64,000 bases of DNA from Vulcanimicrobiota bacterium (GTDB lineage: Bacteria; Vulcanimicrobiota; Vulcanimicrobiia; Vulcanimicrobiales; Vulcanimicrobiaceae): NCBI GenBank assembly GCA_963820825.1, contig CAWGBN010000007.1, forward strand, positions 96,001 to 160,000, given 5' to 3'. Positions 19,117 to 28,442 of this stretch are shown here, piece by piece (the stretch's first letter is position 1; each line of letters opens with the position of its first letter). The notes below the pieces were generated by a model. It was not told the DNA's origin and ran no database searches. It saw only the letters and a program-made list of their open reading frames with translations. The position numbers and the translations under genes were made by a program.

Positions 19117-19550
19117 TGCACCGCTTGCACGTCGGCGGTGCTGACCCCCGGCGCATCGTTCTTCCACGAGCTGCGGATGTAGGTAATCACCGATGCGATC
19201 TGATCGTCTGAGAGCACGCCCTTCCACCGCGGCATGATGCCGCTATAGGCCTGGCCGTGGACGACGAGGCGTCCTTCCAAACCATCCTTGACGATTGCAA
19301 TCACCGCGACCGGAGTGCCGGTCACCGCGGGATTGCCGGCGAGCGGCGGAAACGCTCCGGGAATCCCTGCTCCATTGGGCTGGTGGCAGCTCGAGCAGTT
19401 TGCGCTGTAGATCGCTCCCCCGTCGCTCGCCGATGCGGGATTCTTCCCCGCCGCGGCCGAGGCCGAGGCCGATGCCGTCGCCGAACCCTGCGAGCCCTTC
19501 GCGCATCCCGCGAAGACGATTGCAACTGCAAGCGCGAGAACGAGTTTCAT
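19113..19550 (-). CDS. Monoheme cytochrome c lipoprotein
   Basis: Lipobox FAGC; Ser/Ala linker; CSSCH heme motif; FPPLAG; distal Met in GIMP; GGAGG RBS; ATGA overlap with the SEDS gene. Confidence 0.92.
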   Translation of the reverse strand: MKLVLALAVAIVFAGCAKGSQGSATASASASAAAGKNPASASDGGAIYSANCSSCHQPNGAGIPGAFPPLAGNPAVTGTPVAVIAIVKDGLEGRLVVHGQAYSGIMPRWKGVLSDDQIASVITYIRSSWKNDAPGVSTADVQAVH

Positions 19551-20752
19551 ACCGGCCTCCGTGGTCGAGCGCTCATCGCCCAGACGAGTGCGACGAGCAA
19601 GAAATTGGCGACGAGCGAACTCCCGCCGTACGACATAAACGGTAGCGTGATCCCGGTCAGCGGCAAGACTCCGATCACGCCGCTCACGATGATCACCACT
19701 TGGAATCCCAGGGTCGCACCGAGTCCCGTCGCGAGTAGCTTCGTATAGAGATCGGGTTGCTCGAGACCCGTTGCGAAGATCCGCCGGACCAGATCGAGGA
19801 AGATCGCCAAGACGATCAGCGCGCCGATCAATCCGAACTCCTCCGAAAAGGCTGCGTAAACGTAATCGGTCCAAACGTCCGGAATGAATTCGGGATGGCC
19901 CAACCGGTACCCGCTGCCGGCGAGTCCGCCGGCAGCGAGCGAGTAGTACGCCTGCGACGATTGATAGCCGGCATGGAGCGGATCCGAGAAGGGATTGCGC
20001 CAGACGGCGATGCGCTCTTGCACGTACGGATAGTGATGCACCGCCCAGAACGCACCGAGCGCGAAGAGAAGCGCGCCGAAGACCACGATGTCGAGCCGGC
20101 GCGTCGCCACGAAGAGCAAGGTCGCGAATGTTGCAAGCAGCAGGGTCGCCATTCCGAGGTCGCGCTGGACCACCAAGATCGCCATCGACGCTCCCCATCC
20201 CACGAAGAGCGGCCCGAGATACTTCACGTTCGCACGCAGAGACCACGGGCGAGCGTTGCCGATCACGTCGGCGGTCTCGGCGAGATACGCCGCGAGAAAG
20301 AAGACGATGAAGAGCTTGATCAGCTCGATCGGCTCGTACTGCACCGGTCCCAGCCGGATCCACAGCCTCGCGCCGTTGACTTCCTGGCCGAGGAGCAGCA
20401 GGAGCGCGAAGAGCGCGAGTGATGCGACGACCCAAAGATACTTATACGACGCGAAACGGCGGAACTGCGAGAACGCCGGGGCCGCGACGATTGCCAACGC
20501 GATCGAGATGAGGATCCATAGCTGCTGCTTCTCCGCCAACGCCGGCGCGAGACGTGCGACCATTGCGAGTCCCAGCGCCGCGAGTACGACCGCAAGCGCG
20601 GGGAGCAGATCGTCGCGCACCATCGTCGCGGGCTGCCAGAGCACCCAGACCAGCGCGAGCATCGCGAGCAGCGCGAGCATCCAGGATGGACCGACCGTAT
20701 GCGGCGGCGCAAAGCGGAGGATGAGCGCGGAGACGGCCAGCGCCCCGATCAT
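19547..20752 (-). CDS. SEDS family peptidoglycan glycosyltransferase (FtsW/RodA/SpoVE)
   Basis: NGARLWI, EPIELIK, QRDLG, YQSSQ, TDYVYAAFSEEFG and GITLPFMSYGGSSL motifs; multi-TM. Confidence 0.93.
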   Translation of the reverse strand: MIGALAVSALILRFAPPHTVGPSWMLALLAMLALVWVLWQPATMVRDDLLPALAVVLAALGLAMVARLAPALAEKQQLWILISIALAIVAAPAFSQFRRFASYKYLWVVASLALFALLLLLGQEVNGARLWIRLGPVQYEPIELIKLFIVFFLAAYLAETADVIGNARPWSLRANVKYLGPLFVGWGASMAILVVQRDLGMATLLLATFATLLFVATRRLDIVVFGALLFALGAFWAVHHYPYVQERIAVWRNPFSDPLHAGYQSSQAYYSLAAGGLAGSGYRLGHPEFIPDVWTDYVYAAFSEEFGLIGALIVLAIFLDLVRRIFATGLEQPDLYTKLLATGLGATLGFQVVIIVSGVIGVLPLTGITLPFMSYGGSSLVANFLLVALVWAMSARPRRPV

Positions 20753-20781
20753 CGGCGCGGCGCGCCGGAAGAGCAGCCCGA

Positions 20782-21219
20782 TCAGTCGGCGTGCACCGCG
20801 GTGACGACCAGCCGAGTCGTACCGACGTCGATCTCGTCGCCCTGCTGAATCTCGATCGCCTCGCCGACTCGCCGTCCGTTGAGAAAGGTGCCGTTGCTGC
20901 TCTTGAGATCTTCGAGGTAGACGACGCCGTTCTGACCCTCCATGCGCGCGTGACGCCGGCTCACCTCCGCGTCCCGAAGAAAGACCTCGGCGTCGCGGCT
21001 TCGCCCCAGCTCAAACGGCGTACGCAGTTCTGCGACGCGCCGCTCGCCGCGTTCGTAGATCTCCAGATCGACGCGAATCGGCGTCATCGCGCCGACGTCG
21101 GCGGCGGCACGAATCCGCGGGCGCGCGGCGAATGCCGCGACGAGCGCGAGCGCAACGGTGATCTCGAGCGTGCCGATGCGCATCTCGCGGACGAATCCCG
21201 CCGCCACCGCAAGCATCAT
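20782..21219 (-). CDS. FHA-domain protein (FhaB/FipA-like)
   Basis: LGR..VSRRHA..DLKSSNGTFLNG; N-terminal hydrophobic segment. Confidence 0.9.
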   Translation of the reverse strand: MMLAVAAGFVREMRIGTLEITVALALVAAFAARPRIRAAADVGAMTPIRVDLEIYERGERRVAELRTPFELGRSRDAEVFLRDAEVSRRHARMEGQNGVVYLEDLKSSNGTFLNGRRVGEAIEIQQGDEIDVGTTRLVVTAVHAD

Positions 21220-21881
21220 TGCGTCTCCACTCGCATGCGGGTATTGCCGAAACGAAGCTCGTCGCCTTCGCGCAGCCGTTCGGTCTCGATGCGCCGCCCA
21301 TTGAGAAAGGTGCCGTTCGTCGAACCGAGGTCGCGTACGCGCGCCTCGCCGCCGGCGACTTCGATGACCGCGTGCGCGCGCGAGACGCCGGGGTCGAGCA
21401 GAACGATCTCGCTCTCTTCGCTCCGCCCGATGCGCGACGTCCGTCGCAACGCGTAGAGGGCCTCGGGTGGAACGCCCTCGAGCGTCCGCAGCCGAAACGA
21501 TCTCACGGTCGGGGCGGCTTCCGCGACGCCGATCTCGACGGCCCCGGCCGGAACGGACGGGCGCGCGGTCATGACGACGGCGGCTTTGCCCTCTTCAAAG
21601 GTCACGCCAACCTTCGCCGCGAGATTCCGCAGGACGTCGGCCCAGGCGCGTTCCAAATATCGGCGGTGTTCGGCGAGGCGTTCGAAGTCCGCGGGATTCA
21701 CGTAGACCGTGTACGCCCCGGGCGCGTGCAAGCGACCATCGTCGTCGCGCGTCTGCGCCTCCATCGTTGCGACGAGCTTGCGCGCAATCTGCGCCGGCTC
21801 GAGATCGCTGGGAAAGGTCTTGGCAAAGGCGCGCTCGATGAGTCCGGCGCAGAACTGTTCGAGCCGGGCCAAGAAACTCAC
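21216..21881 (-). CDS. FhaA-like protein (DUF3662 + FHA)
   Basis: N-terminal 'LERF..AFAKTFPSDLEPAQIARKL' DUF3662-like segment; IGR..VSRAHA..DLGSTNGT FHA domain. Confidence 0.9.
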   Translation of the reverse strand: MSFLARLEQFCAGLIERAFAKTFPSDLEPAQIARKLVATMEAQTRDDDGRLHAPGAYTVYVNPADFERLAEHRRYLERAWADVLRNLAAKVGVTFEEGKAAVVMTARPSVPAGAVEIGVAEAAPTVRSFRLRTLEGVPPEALYALRRTSRIGRSEESEIVLLDPGVSRAHAVIEVAGGEARVRDLGSTNGTFLNGRRIETERLREGDELRFGNTRMRVETQ

Positions 21882-23197
21882 GGACGCCGCTCCACCCGCG
21901 CGATGTAAAAGCCGTCGCGTCCCTCGATGCCCGGCGGGACGAGCACGTCGTTATCGGCGGTCAAGAACGAGGCGTACGCGGCCGGAATCAGGCTGCGCTC
22001 GAAGTTCTGCTGCGCCAGGAACCAGTCAATCACTTCCGTCGTTTCGCGTGGATCCGTCGAACAAACCGCATAGACGAGTGCGCCGCCGGGGTAGACGTGA
22101 CGCGACGCCCGCTCCAGCAGAGCGCGCTGCGTCAGCGCCAGGCGTTCGCCATCGGTACCTTGCTTCTTCCAGCGCGCCTCGGGATGGCGTCCGACGACGC
22201 CGATTCCCGAGCAGGGCGCATCGAGCAGGATGCCGTCGAAGCAACGCTCGGGCGGCAAGAGCTCGGTGCTCGCGTCGCCGGTGACGAGCGCCGCCTCGAT
22301 GCCGGTCTCTTCGAGCCGCTGCGATAACGTCGCGACCTTTCGCGGGTCGCGCTCGATGCAGAAGAGCGTCCCTTGCTCGCGCAGCCGCGCGCCGATTTGC
22401 AGCGCCTTATTGCCGCGTCCGCTGCAGACGTCGAGAATCGCCTCGCCGGGCTCCGGGCCGAGCACGTCGACCGCCATTGCCGAGCTCTCCGATTGCGGCC
22501 ACCAGCGGCCGTCGGCATGCACGCGCGCAAGCGTGCCGCGCTCGACCAAGAGCACCTCCGGAACGATCGGCGACGGCGCCGTTTCGATGCCGTCGCCGCG
22601 CAGGCGCTCGACCGTTTCGTCGAGGCCGTCTTTGAGTCTGTTGACCACGAGCGCCGGGCGCGGCGGCAGATTTACGCCCGCGCAGACGCGCTCGAGCTCC
22701 GCTCCGAAGACCTGACGCCACTGCCGCACGAGCCACGTCGGCAGCGAGAACCGCGTCGCCAAATACTCGTCATCGTTCTCGAACGACTCGCGCTGCGGCA
22801 GTGCCGGATCGGCGCGAAGCAGGCTGCGGAGCACGGCGTTGACGAGATTGCCCAATCCGCGATGGCCGAATCGCTTGGCGAGATTGACGAACTCGTAGAC
22901 GGTCGCGTGGACGTCGGCCCGCGTATAGACCAGTTCGTAGGTCGCCAGGCGCAGAATCTCGCGGATCGCCGGCGGCAGCTGCGTCTGGACAAACGGCTCG
23001 AGCTGCCAGTCGAGCGCGCGCCGCATCTTGATCGCGCCATATGCCAGCTCCGCGGCGAAGGCGCGGTCGCGGTCGTCCAAATGCGAGCGGCGAGCGCGAT
23101 AATCGAATGCGGCCTGCGCGCTGCGCTCGATCGCGTGCGACTCCGCGGGCGGAAAGACGTCGCGCACCACGGCGAGCGCGAGCTCGCGCGCGTTCAC
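21878..23197 (-). CDS. rsmB: 16S rRNA m5C967 methyltransferase (NusB-like + SAM domain)
   Basis: NusB-like N-terminus (LVNAVLR); DVCSGRGNK, DAPCSG and YAVCS motifs; follows fmt. Confidence 0.9.
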   Translation of the reverse strand: MNARELALAVVRDVFPPAESHAIERSAQAAFDYRARRSHLDDRDRAFAAELAYGAIKMRRALDWQLEPFVQTQLPPAIREILRLATYELVYTRADVHATVYEFVNLAKRFGHRGLGNLVNAVLRSLLRADPALPQRESFENDDEYLATRFSLPTWLVRQWRQVFGAELERVCAGVNLPPRPALVVNRLKDGLDETVERLRGDGIETAPSPIVPEVLLVERGTLARVHADGRWWPQSESSAMAVDVLGPEPGEAILDVCSGRGNKALQIGARLREQGTLFCIERDPRKVATLSQRLEETGIEAALVTGDASTELLPPERCFDGILLDAPCSGIGVVGRHPEARWKKQGTDGERLALTQRALLERASRHVYPGGALVYAVCSTDPRETTEVIDWFLAQQNFERSLIPAAYASFLTADNDVLVPPGIEGRDGFYIARVERRP

Positions 23198-24024
23198 GGC
23201 CTTCCCCGGCTGCGGAGGTACTCATCGCCGCTCATCCGCCCGCGATTCGGCGCGATCAGCTCGTCGATCTCGAGCTTTCCATCGGCTCCGACGTGCGCGC
23301 GGAGAATCTTGACCGTCTCGTCGCCGAACGTCGCTCGCGCGGCCGGCTGCGGCGAGAATGCGCGCACGGCGTTGACGATTCGTTCCGGCGGCCAGCTCAA
23401 GTCGAGCGTAAGATCCTCCTTGGCGAGCGGACGCGTCAAACTCCCCTCACCGTCTTGGCGCGCGCGCGTAAGCGCGCCTCGCTGCGCCAAATCGATCGCC
23501 TCGCCGAGCAGCTTGGCGCCGAGCCCGGCGAGGCGATCGTGAAGTTCGCCGTACGTCTCGCCGGGCATAATCGCGACGCGCTTGCGCAAAACGATTTCGC
23601 CCGTATCGAGCCCCGCATCCATCAGCATGATGCTCACGCCGGTCTCGCGCTCGCCGTTGTAGAGCGCCGTTTGAATCGGCGTCGCGCCACGGTATTTCGG
23701 CAGCAGCGATGGGTGCACGTTTAGCGCGCCGGCGCGCGGAAGCTCGAGCAGTTCTTGCGGGAGTATCCGGCCGTACGAAGCGAGGACGAAGAGGTCGAAA
23801 TGCTCGTCACGCGCCGCGCGGGCGAACTCGCGCAGGCGAAGCGGTTCGTGGACCGCGATGCCGAGCTCGAGCGCGGCAGACTTTACCGGGCTCGGCTTCA
23901 ACCGGTGGCCCCGGCCCGCGGGCCGGTCGGGCTGGGTGACGACGCCCGCGAGCGCAGTACGTGCCGCGACGACGCGCAGGCTCGGCACCGCAAACGCGCT
24001 CGTGCCGAAAAAGAGGCTCTTCAC
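23194..24024 (-). CDS. fmt: Methionyl-tRNA formyltransferase (short C-terminal domain)
   Basis: FFGTSAFAV, TQPDRPAGRG, NVHPSLLPKYRGATP and MDAGLDTG motifs; GTGA overlap with def. Confidence 0.95.
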   Translation of the reverse strand: MKSLFFGTSAFAVPSLRVVAARTALAGVVTQPDRPAGRGHRLKPSPVKSAALELGIAVHEPLRLREFARAARDEHFDLFVLASYGRILPQELLELPRAGALNVHPSLLPKYRGATPIQTALYNGERETGVSIMLMDAGLDTGEIVLRKRVAIMPGETYGELHDRLAGLGAKLLGEAIDLAQRGALTRARQDGEGSLTRPLAKEDLTLDLSWPPERIVNAVRAFSPQPAARATFGDETVKILRAHVGADGKLEIDELIAPNRGRMSGDEYLRSRGRP

Positions 24025-24527
24025 ACCTCGGCGGTCTCTTTTTCCTCGTCGCTGATCGCCGGGCGAACGTTCTTGGCGCGATCGATGTAGAGCTTCCCGT
24101 CGAGATGATCGACTTCGTGCTGCAGGCACTGCGCGAGCAGACCGTCGCCCTCGATCCGGATCTTGTTCCCGTAGCGATCCAAGCCGCTGACGGCGGCGCG
24201 CTCGTACCGAACGATATCTCCTACCATGCCGGGAACGGAGAGGCACCCTTCGCGCAGCTCGACTTCATCGCCGAGCCGCTCGAGCTTCGGATTGATGACC
24301 ACCGCGGGCTCGTGCTCTTCGTCGTGGACGTCCATGACGAAGAGCCGCTTCGAAACGTTGACTTGCGGGGCGGCTAGACCGACGCCCGGCGCGCCGTACA
24401 TCGTCTCGAACATATCGTCGATCAGCTGCTGAAAGAGCGGATCGGCAATCTCTTTGAGGTCGACCCGCTTTGCGACTCTGCGAAGCGTCGGATGGCCGTC
24501 GGCCAGAATCTCGCGCACGTAGGGCAT
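24021..24527 (-). CDS. def: Peptide deformylase
   Basis: GVGLAAPQ, EGCLS and QHEVDHL motifs. Confidence 0.97.
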   Translation of the reverse strand: MPYVREILADGHPTLRRVAKRVDLKEIADPLFQQLIDDMFETMYGAPGVGLAAPQVNVSKRLFVMDVHDEEHEPAVVINPKLERLGDEVELREGCLSVPGMVGDIVRYERAAVSGLDRYGNKIRIEGDGLLAQCLQHEVDHLDGKLYIDRAKNVRPAISDEEKETAEV

Positions 24528-24586
24528 CGGGGGCGGCTATTCGTCCTCGCCGCCGTCCGCTACTCTTAGCCGGTATTTCGGCGAGT

Positions 24587-25078
24587 CTATCCCTTCGTAC
24601 GAAAGGACGACACGACGGTGTGCGGAGTGCAGTTTCTTCCGCCATCGTTCCAAAGCAGCGTCACGCTCTGCCCGGGGGAGAGGAAGGGCTGCGTTCCGTA
24701 CGGGCCGGCAATCGCCGTCGCGTAGTACGATGGATTCGAATACGTCGGCTTTGCATGCGGATTCGGGATCTGCGACCCGCTGATCGGCGCAAAGTTGCCG
24801 GTGAACGTCGACGTACCGTTTGACTGCTGGAGAAAGAAGTCGAACTGATTGCTTGGCGGTAGAGCGCCTTTGGTCGAAACGTACACGTTTCCGAGCCCGG
24901 TCCCAACGCCTTTCGCATTGGGTTTCGGATAGAGAACTTCCATTTGGTTGGCAGGGCCGCCGCAGTTGCCGCTGGGACCGGACGTCGGCCCCGGTCCGGG
25001 ACCATAGACTCCGCTGTTGCAAGCCGCAAGCATGCCGGCGGTGCAAAGAACGATGAGAGCGCCAATCGACCGTTTCAT
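24587..25078 (-). CDS. Hypothetical lipoprotein
   Basis: MKRSIGALIVLCTAGMLAAC lipobox; Gly/Pro linker; start could also be 25090. Confidence 0.75.
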   Translation of the reverse strand: MKRSIGALIVLCTAGMLAACNSGVYGPGPGPTSGPSGNCGGPANQMEVLYPKPNAKGVGTGLGNVYVSTKGALPPSNQFDFFLQQSNGTSTFTGNFAPISGSQIPNPHAKPTYSNPSYYATAIAGPYGTQPFLSPGQSVTLLWNDGGRNCTPHTVVSSFRTKG

Positions 25079-25135
25079 GCCGTAGAACATCCGCTGCGCG
25101 CCCTCCGGCCCCTGCCGGAGCCAATGGGAATTCCC

Positions 25136-26581
25136 TTAAAGAATGTACCCGGAGAGGTCGGCGTTGGCGACGACGTCGGCGAGACGAGCGCGTACGTACT
25201 CGCCGTCGATGGTAACGCGCCCGGTCGTCTCCGGCGCCTCGAAGCTGACGTCTTCGAGCACCCGCTCGAGAACCGTATGCAGCCGCCGGGCGCCGATGTT
25301 CTCAGTCTGCTCGTTCACCCGCATCGCGAAGGTTGCGAGTTGGTCGATCGCGTCCTGGGAGAATTCGAGCGTCACCGCGTCGGTAGCAAGCAACGCCTTG
25401 TACTGCTCGACCAGCGCGTTTTTCGGCTGGGTGAGTATCGTCTTGAAATCTTCCGCAGTCAGCGAATCAAGCTCGACGCGAATCGGCAGCCGGCCCTGGA
25501 GCTCGGGAATGAGATCGGAGGGCTTGCTGATGTGGAAAGCCCCCGCCGCGATGAAGAGGATGTGATCGGTCGTGATCGGGCCGTGCTTGGTGTTGACGGT
25601 CGAGCCTTCGACGATCGGCAGGATGTCGCGCTGTACCCCTTCGCGAGAGACGTCGGGACCGCCGCGGTGCTGGGTCGAGCCCGCGACTTTGTCGATCTCG
25701 TCGATGAAGATAATCCCGTCTTCTCCGGCACGCCGCAATGCCTCACGCTTCACCGCGTCCATGTCGATGAGTTTTGCAGCCTCTTCCTGCTCGAAGATCC
25801 GCCGCGCCTCCGCGACCGTAACGCGCTTCTTCGTTCGGCGCTTCGGCAAGATTCCGCCGAGCATCTCGCCGATGTCCCCGCCCTGATCGAGGCCTCCGCC
25901 GATCACGCCGATCGGCAGACTCGGGGTCTCCTCAACCTCAATCTCGATCAGGCGCACGTCGTAAAAACCGCGTTCGATCTCGCCGCGCGTCTGTTCGCGA
26001 ACGCGCTGCGCCTCGGCGGAGACGGCCGGCGATGGATTCGTCTGCGCCTGCTGCTGACCCGTGTAGCCGGTTCCGAAGATCGATCCGAGCGCCGCGCCGA
26101 GCGGGTTTCCCTGGCCTTGCGCCGAGGGCGGACGCGTCTCCGGATGAAGCACGTCGATGACCCGCTCGACCGCGTGACGCGCGGCGAGCTCGCGCACCTC
26201 GTCGCGCCGTTCGTTGGTCACACTTCGAATCGAGGCCTCGACGAGATCGCGCACCATCGACTCGACGTCGCGGCCGACGTAACCGACCTCGGTGTACTTC
26301 GTCGCTTCGACTTTCACGAACGGCGCGCCGACCAGGGCCGCCAAGCGCCGCGCGATCTCCGTCTTACCGACGCCGGTCGGACCGATCATCAAGATGTTCT
26401 TCGGGGTTATCTCCTCGCGCAGATCCTCTCGCGCCATCGCCCGCCGGTACCGGTTGCGCAGCGCGATTGCGACCGCGCGCTTCGCCTTCGCCTGCCCGAC
26501 GATGTACTTATCGAGCTCTTCGACGATCTGGCGCGGGGTTAAATGGGCGGGATCGAGACTCGTCGTCAGCGCGGTCGTCAC
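25136..26581 (-). CDS. hslU: ATP-dependent protease ATPase subunit HslU (ClpY)
   Basis: [36 protein letters not shown] and ENIGARRL motifs; GTGA overlap with hslV. Confidence 0.97.
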   Translation of the reverse strand: MTTALTTSLDPAHLTPRQIVEELDKYIVGQAKAKRAVAIALRNRYRRAMAREDLREEITPKNILMIGPTGVGKTEIARRLAALVGAPFVKVEATKYTEVGYVGRDVESMVRDLVEASIRSVTNERRDEVRELAARHAVERVIDVLHPETRPPSAQGQGNPLGAALGSIFGTGYTGQQQAQTNPSPAVSAEAQRVREQTRGEIERGFYDVRLIEIEVEETPSLPIGVIGGGLDQGGDIGEMLGGILPKRRTKKRVTVAEARRIFEQEEAAKLIDMDAVKREALRRAGEDGIIFIDEIDKVAGSTQHRGGPDVSREGVQRDILPIVEGSTVNTKHGPITTDHILFIAAGAFHISKPSDLIPELQGRLPIRVELDSLTAEDFKTILTQPKNALVEQYKALLATDAVTLEFSQDAIDQLATFAMRVNEQTENIGARRLHTVLERVLEDVSFEAPETTGRVTIDGEYVRARLADVVANADLSGYIL

Positions 26582-27102
26582 GGAAGAGTCTCCACCGTGA
26601 TGTCGTTGTTGGTATAGATGCAGATTTCCGAGGCGATCTCCAGCCCTTTGCGCGCGATCTCGGCGGCATCGAGCGGCGTGTTTCGAAGCATCGCCGCCGC
26701 GGCCGCCTGCGCGTAAGCGCCGCCGCTGCCGATGGCGGCGATCCCCTCGTCGGGCTCGATCACGTCGCCGGTGCCCGAGAGCAGAAAAAGATGCTCGCCG
26801 TTGCCGACGATCATCAGCGCCTCCAGCCGGCGCAGGACGCGGTCCTGCCGCCAATCCTTTGCCAGCTCGACGGCCGCGCGCCGGAGATCTTTGAACTCGC
26901 CGAACTTCGCCTCAAACTTCTCCAGCAGCGTGATGCCGTCGGCCGCGGAGCCGGCGAAGCCGGCGATCACCTTACCGCCGCAGACCCTGCGTACCTTACG
27001 CGCACTGTGCTTTACGATCGTTTTGTCGAGCGTGACTTGCCCGTCGCCCGCAATCGCGAGCCGTCCATCGCGGCGCACGGCCAGAATCGTCGTTGACTTC
27101 AT
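26578..27102 (-). CDS. hslV: ATP-dependent protease peptidase subunit HslV (ClpQ)
   Basis: [28 protein letters not shown] and ICIYTN motifs. Confidence 0.97.
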   Translation of the reverse strand: MKSTTILAVRRDGRLAIAGDGQVTLDKTIVKHSARKVRRVCGGKVIAGFAGSAADGITLLEKFEAKFGEFKDLRRAAVELAKDWRQDRVLRRLEALMIVGNGEHLFLLSGTGDVIEPDEGIAAIGSGGAYAQAAAAAMLRNTPLDAAEIARKGLEIASEICIYTNNDITVETLP

Positions 27103-27103
27103 G

Positions 27104-28429
27104 CTAGCGTGAGTACCCGGCAGGCGCGAAGAGGGTTTCAGCGGCAAAGGCATCGATGGCGGCGAGCGCGCGCTCGGCCAGCACCCGCCGCCGCTCCCGC
27201 TTCCCGGCGACCGCCACCGCCGGAAAGGAGCCCCAGGTGACGTTCGACGGCTGAAAATCGGGCGTTTCGCGGTTCTGCAAGTGCGCGATCACGGCGCCGA
27301 ACGCGCTCTCGCGCGGAAATTCGACCGGCGGCGCTCCGAGGATCGCACGTGCCGCATGAATGCCCGCCATCGCTCCGCAGGCCGCCGCTTCGACGTAGCC
27401 CTCGGCACCGGTGATCTGTCCCGCGAAGTAGAGCGCTTCGGTACCGCGTAGCCGCAGACTCGGCTCGAGCAGTCGCGGCGCGTCGATGAACGTATTGCGA
27501 TGCATCACGCCGAGACGAAGCCACTCGGCATCGTGCAATCCGGGGAGTCTGCCGAAGGCTTCGCGCTGCGCCGGCCAGCTCAGCCGCGTCTGAAAACCGA
27601 CGAGATTGTAGGCCGTTCCCTCGCGATTCTCTTTGCGCAGCTGCACCACCGCATAGGGCGTCTCCCCCGTTCGCGGATCGCGCAGGCCGACGGGTTTGAG
27701 CGGACCGAAGCGCAAGACGTCGTCGCCGCGATCGGCCATCTCCTCGATCGGTAGACATCCCTCGAAGTAGCGCGTCTCCTCGAAATCCTTTGCCGGATGG
27801 CGCTCGAGGGTGCGCAGATCGGTGAGCAGACGCTCGTATTCGCCGCGGTCGAGCGGGATGTTGAGGTAGTCGTCGCCATCTCCCTTATCGTAGCGGGATT
27901 TCCGGTACATCGGCGCTTCGTCGATCGAATCGGCGGCGACGATCGGTGACGCGGCGTCGTAATAATGCAGGCGAGCGCCGGCGATGCGATCGAGGCTCGC
28001 CAGAAAGTCCTCGCCCGGGAGCGGACCGCACGCGACGATCGCGGGACGGTCGAGCGGAATTGCACGCACTTCCTCGCGGTGGAGGGTAATGCGCGGTTCG
28101 TCTGCGATTCGCGCTTCGATCAGTTCCGCAAAGCGCTGCCGGTCGACCGCGAGCGCTCCGCCCGCCGGCACGGCCGTCTCGCGCGCCGAGCTGACGATCA
28201 GCGAGCCGAGCCGCGCGAGCTCCTCTTTGAGCAGTCCGACGGCGTTCTCGAGCGCGGCGCCGCGAAGCGAGTTGCTGCAGACGAGCTCGGCGAGCGCTCC
28301 CGTCTTATGCGCGGGTCCGCTGCGAAGCGGCCGCATCTCGTAGAGATCGACCTCGGCGCCGCAACGCGCGGCCTGCCACGCCGCTTCGCATCCGGCCAAC
28401 CCACCCCCAATGACCGTGAGGCGAAGCAT
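27104..28429 (-). CDS. trmFO: Folate/FAD-dependent tRNA m5U54 methyltransferase
   Basis: [35 protein letters not shown] and [10 protein letters not shown] motifs. Confidence 0.97.
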   Translation of the reverse strand: MLRLTVIGGGLAGCEAAWQAARCGAEVDLYEMRPLRSGPAHKTGALAELVCSNSLRGAALENAVGLLKEELARLGSLIVSSARETAVPAGGALAVDRQRFAELIEARIADEPRITLHREEVRAIPLDRPAIVACGPLPGEDFLASLDRIAGARLHYYDAASPIVAADSIDEAPMYRKSRYDKGDGDDYLNIPLDRGEYERLLTDLRTLERHPAKDFEETRYFEGCLPIEEMADRGDDVLRFGPLKPVGLRDPRTGETPYAVVQLRKENREGTAYNLVGFQTRLSWPAQREAFGRLPGLHDAEWLRLGVMHRNTFIDAPRLLEPSLRLRGTEALYFAGQITGAEGYVEAAACGAMAGIHAARAILGAPPVEFPRESAFGAVIAHLQNRETPDFQPSNVTWGSFPAVAVAGKRERRRVLAERALAAIDAFAAETLFAPAGYSR

Positions 28430-28442
28430 TGTGACGAAGGAT

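Noticed and set aside
19113..20435. 440-aa ORF as a long cytochrome fusion
   Set aside because: The upstream part is an alternate frame of the SEDS gene; the real start is ATG 19550 with RBS and lipobox.
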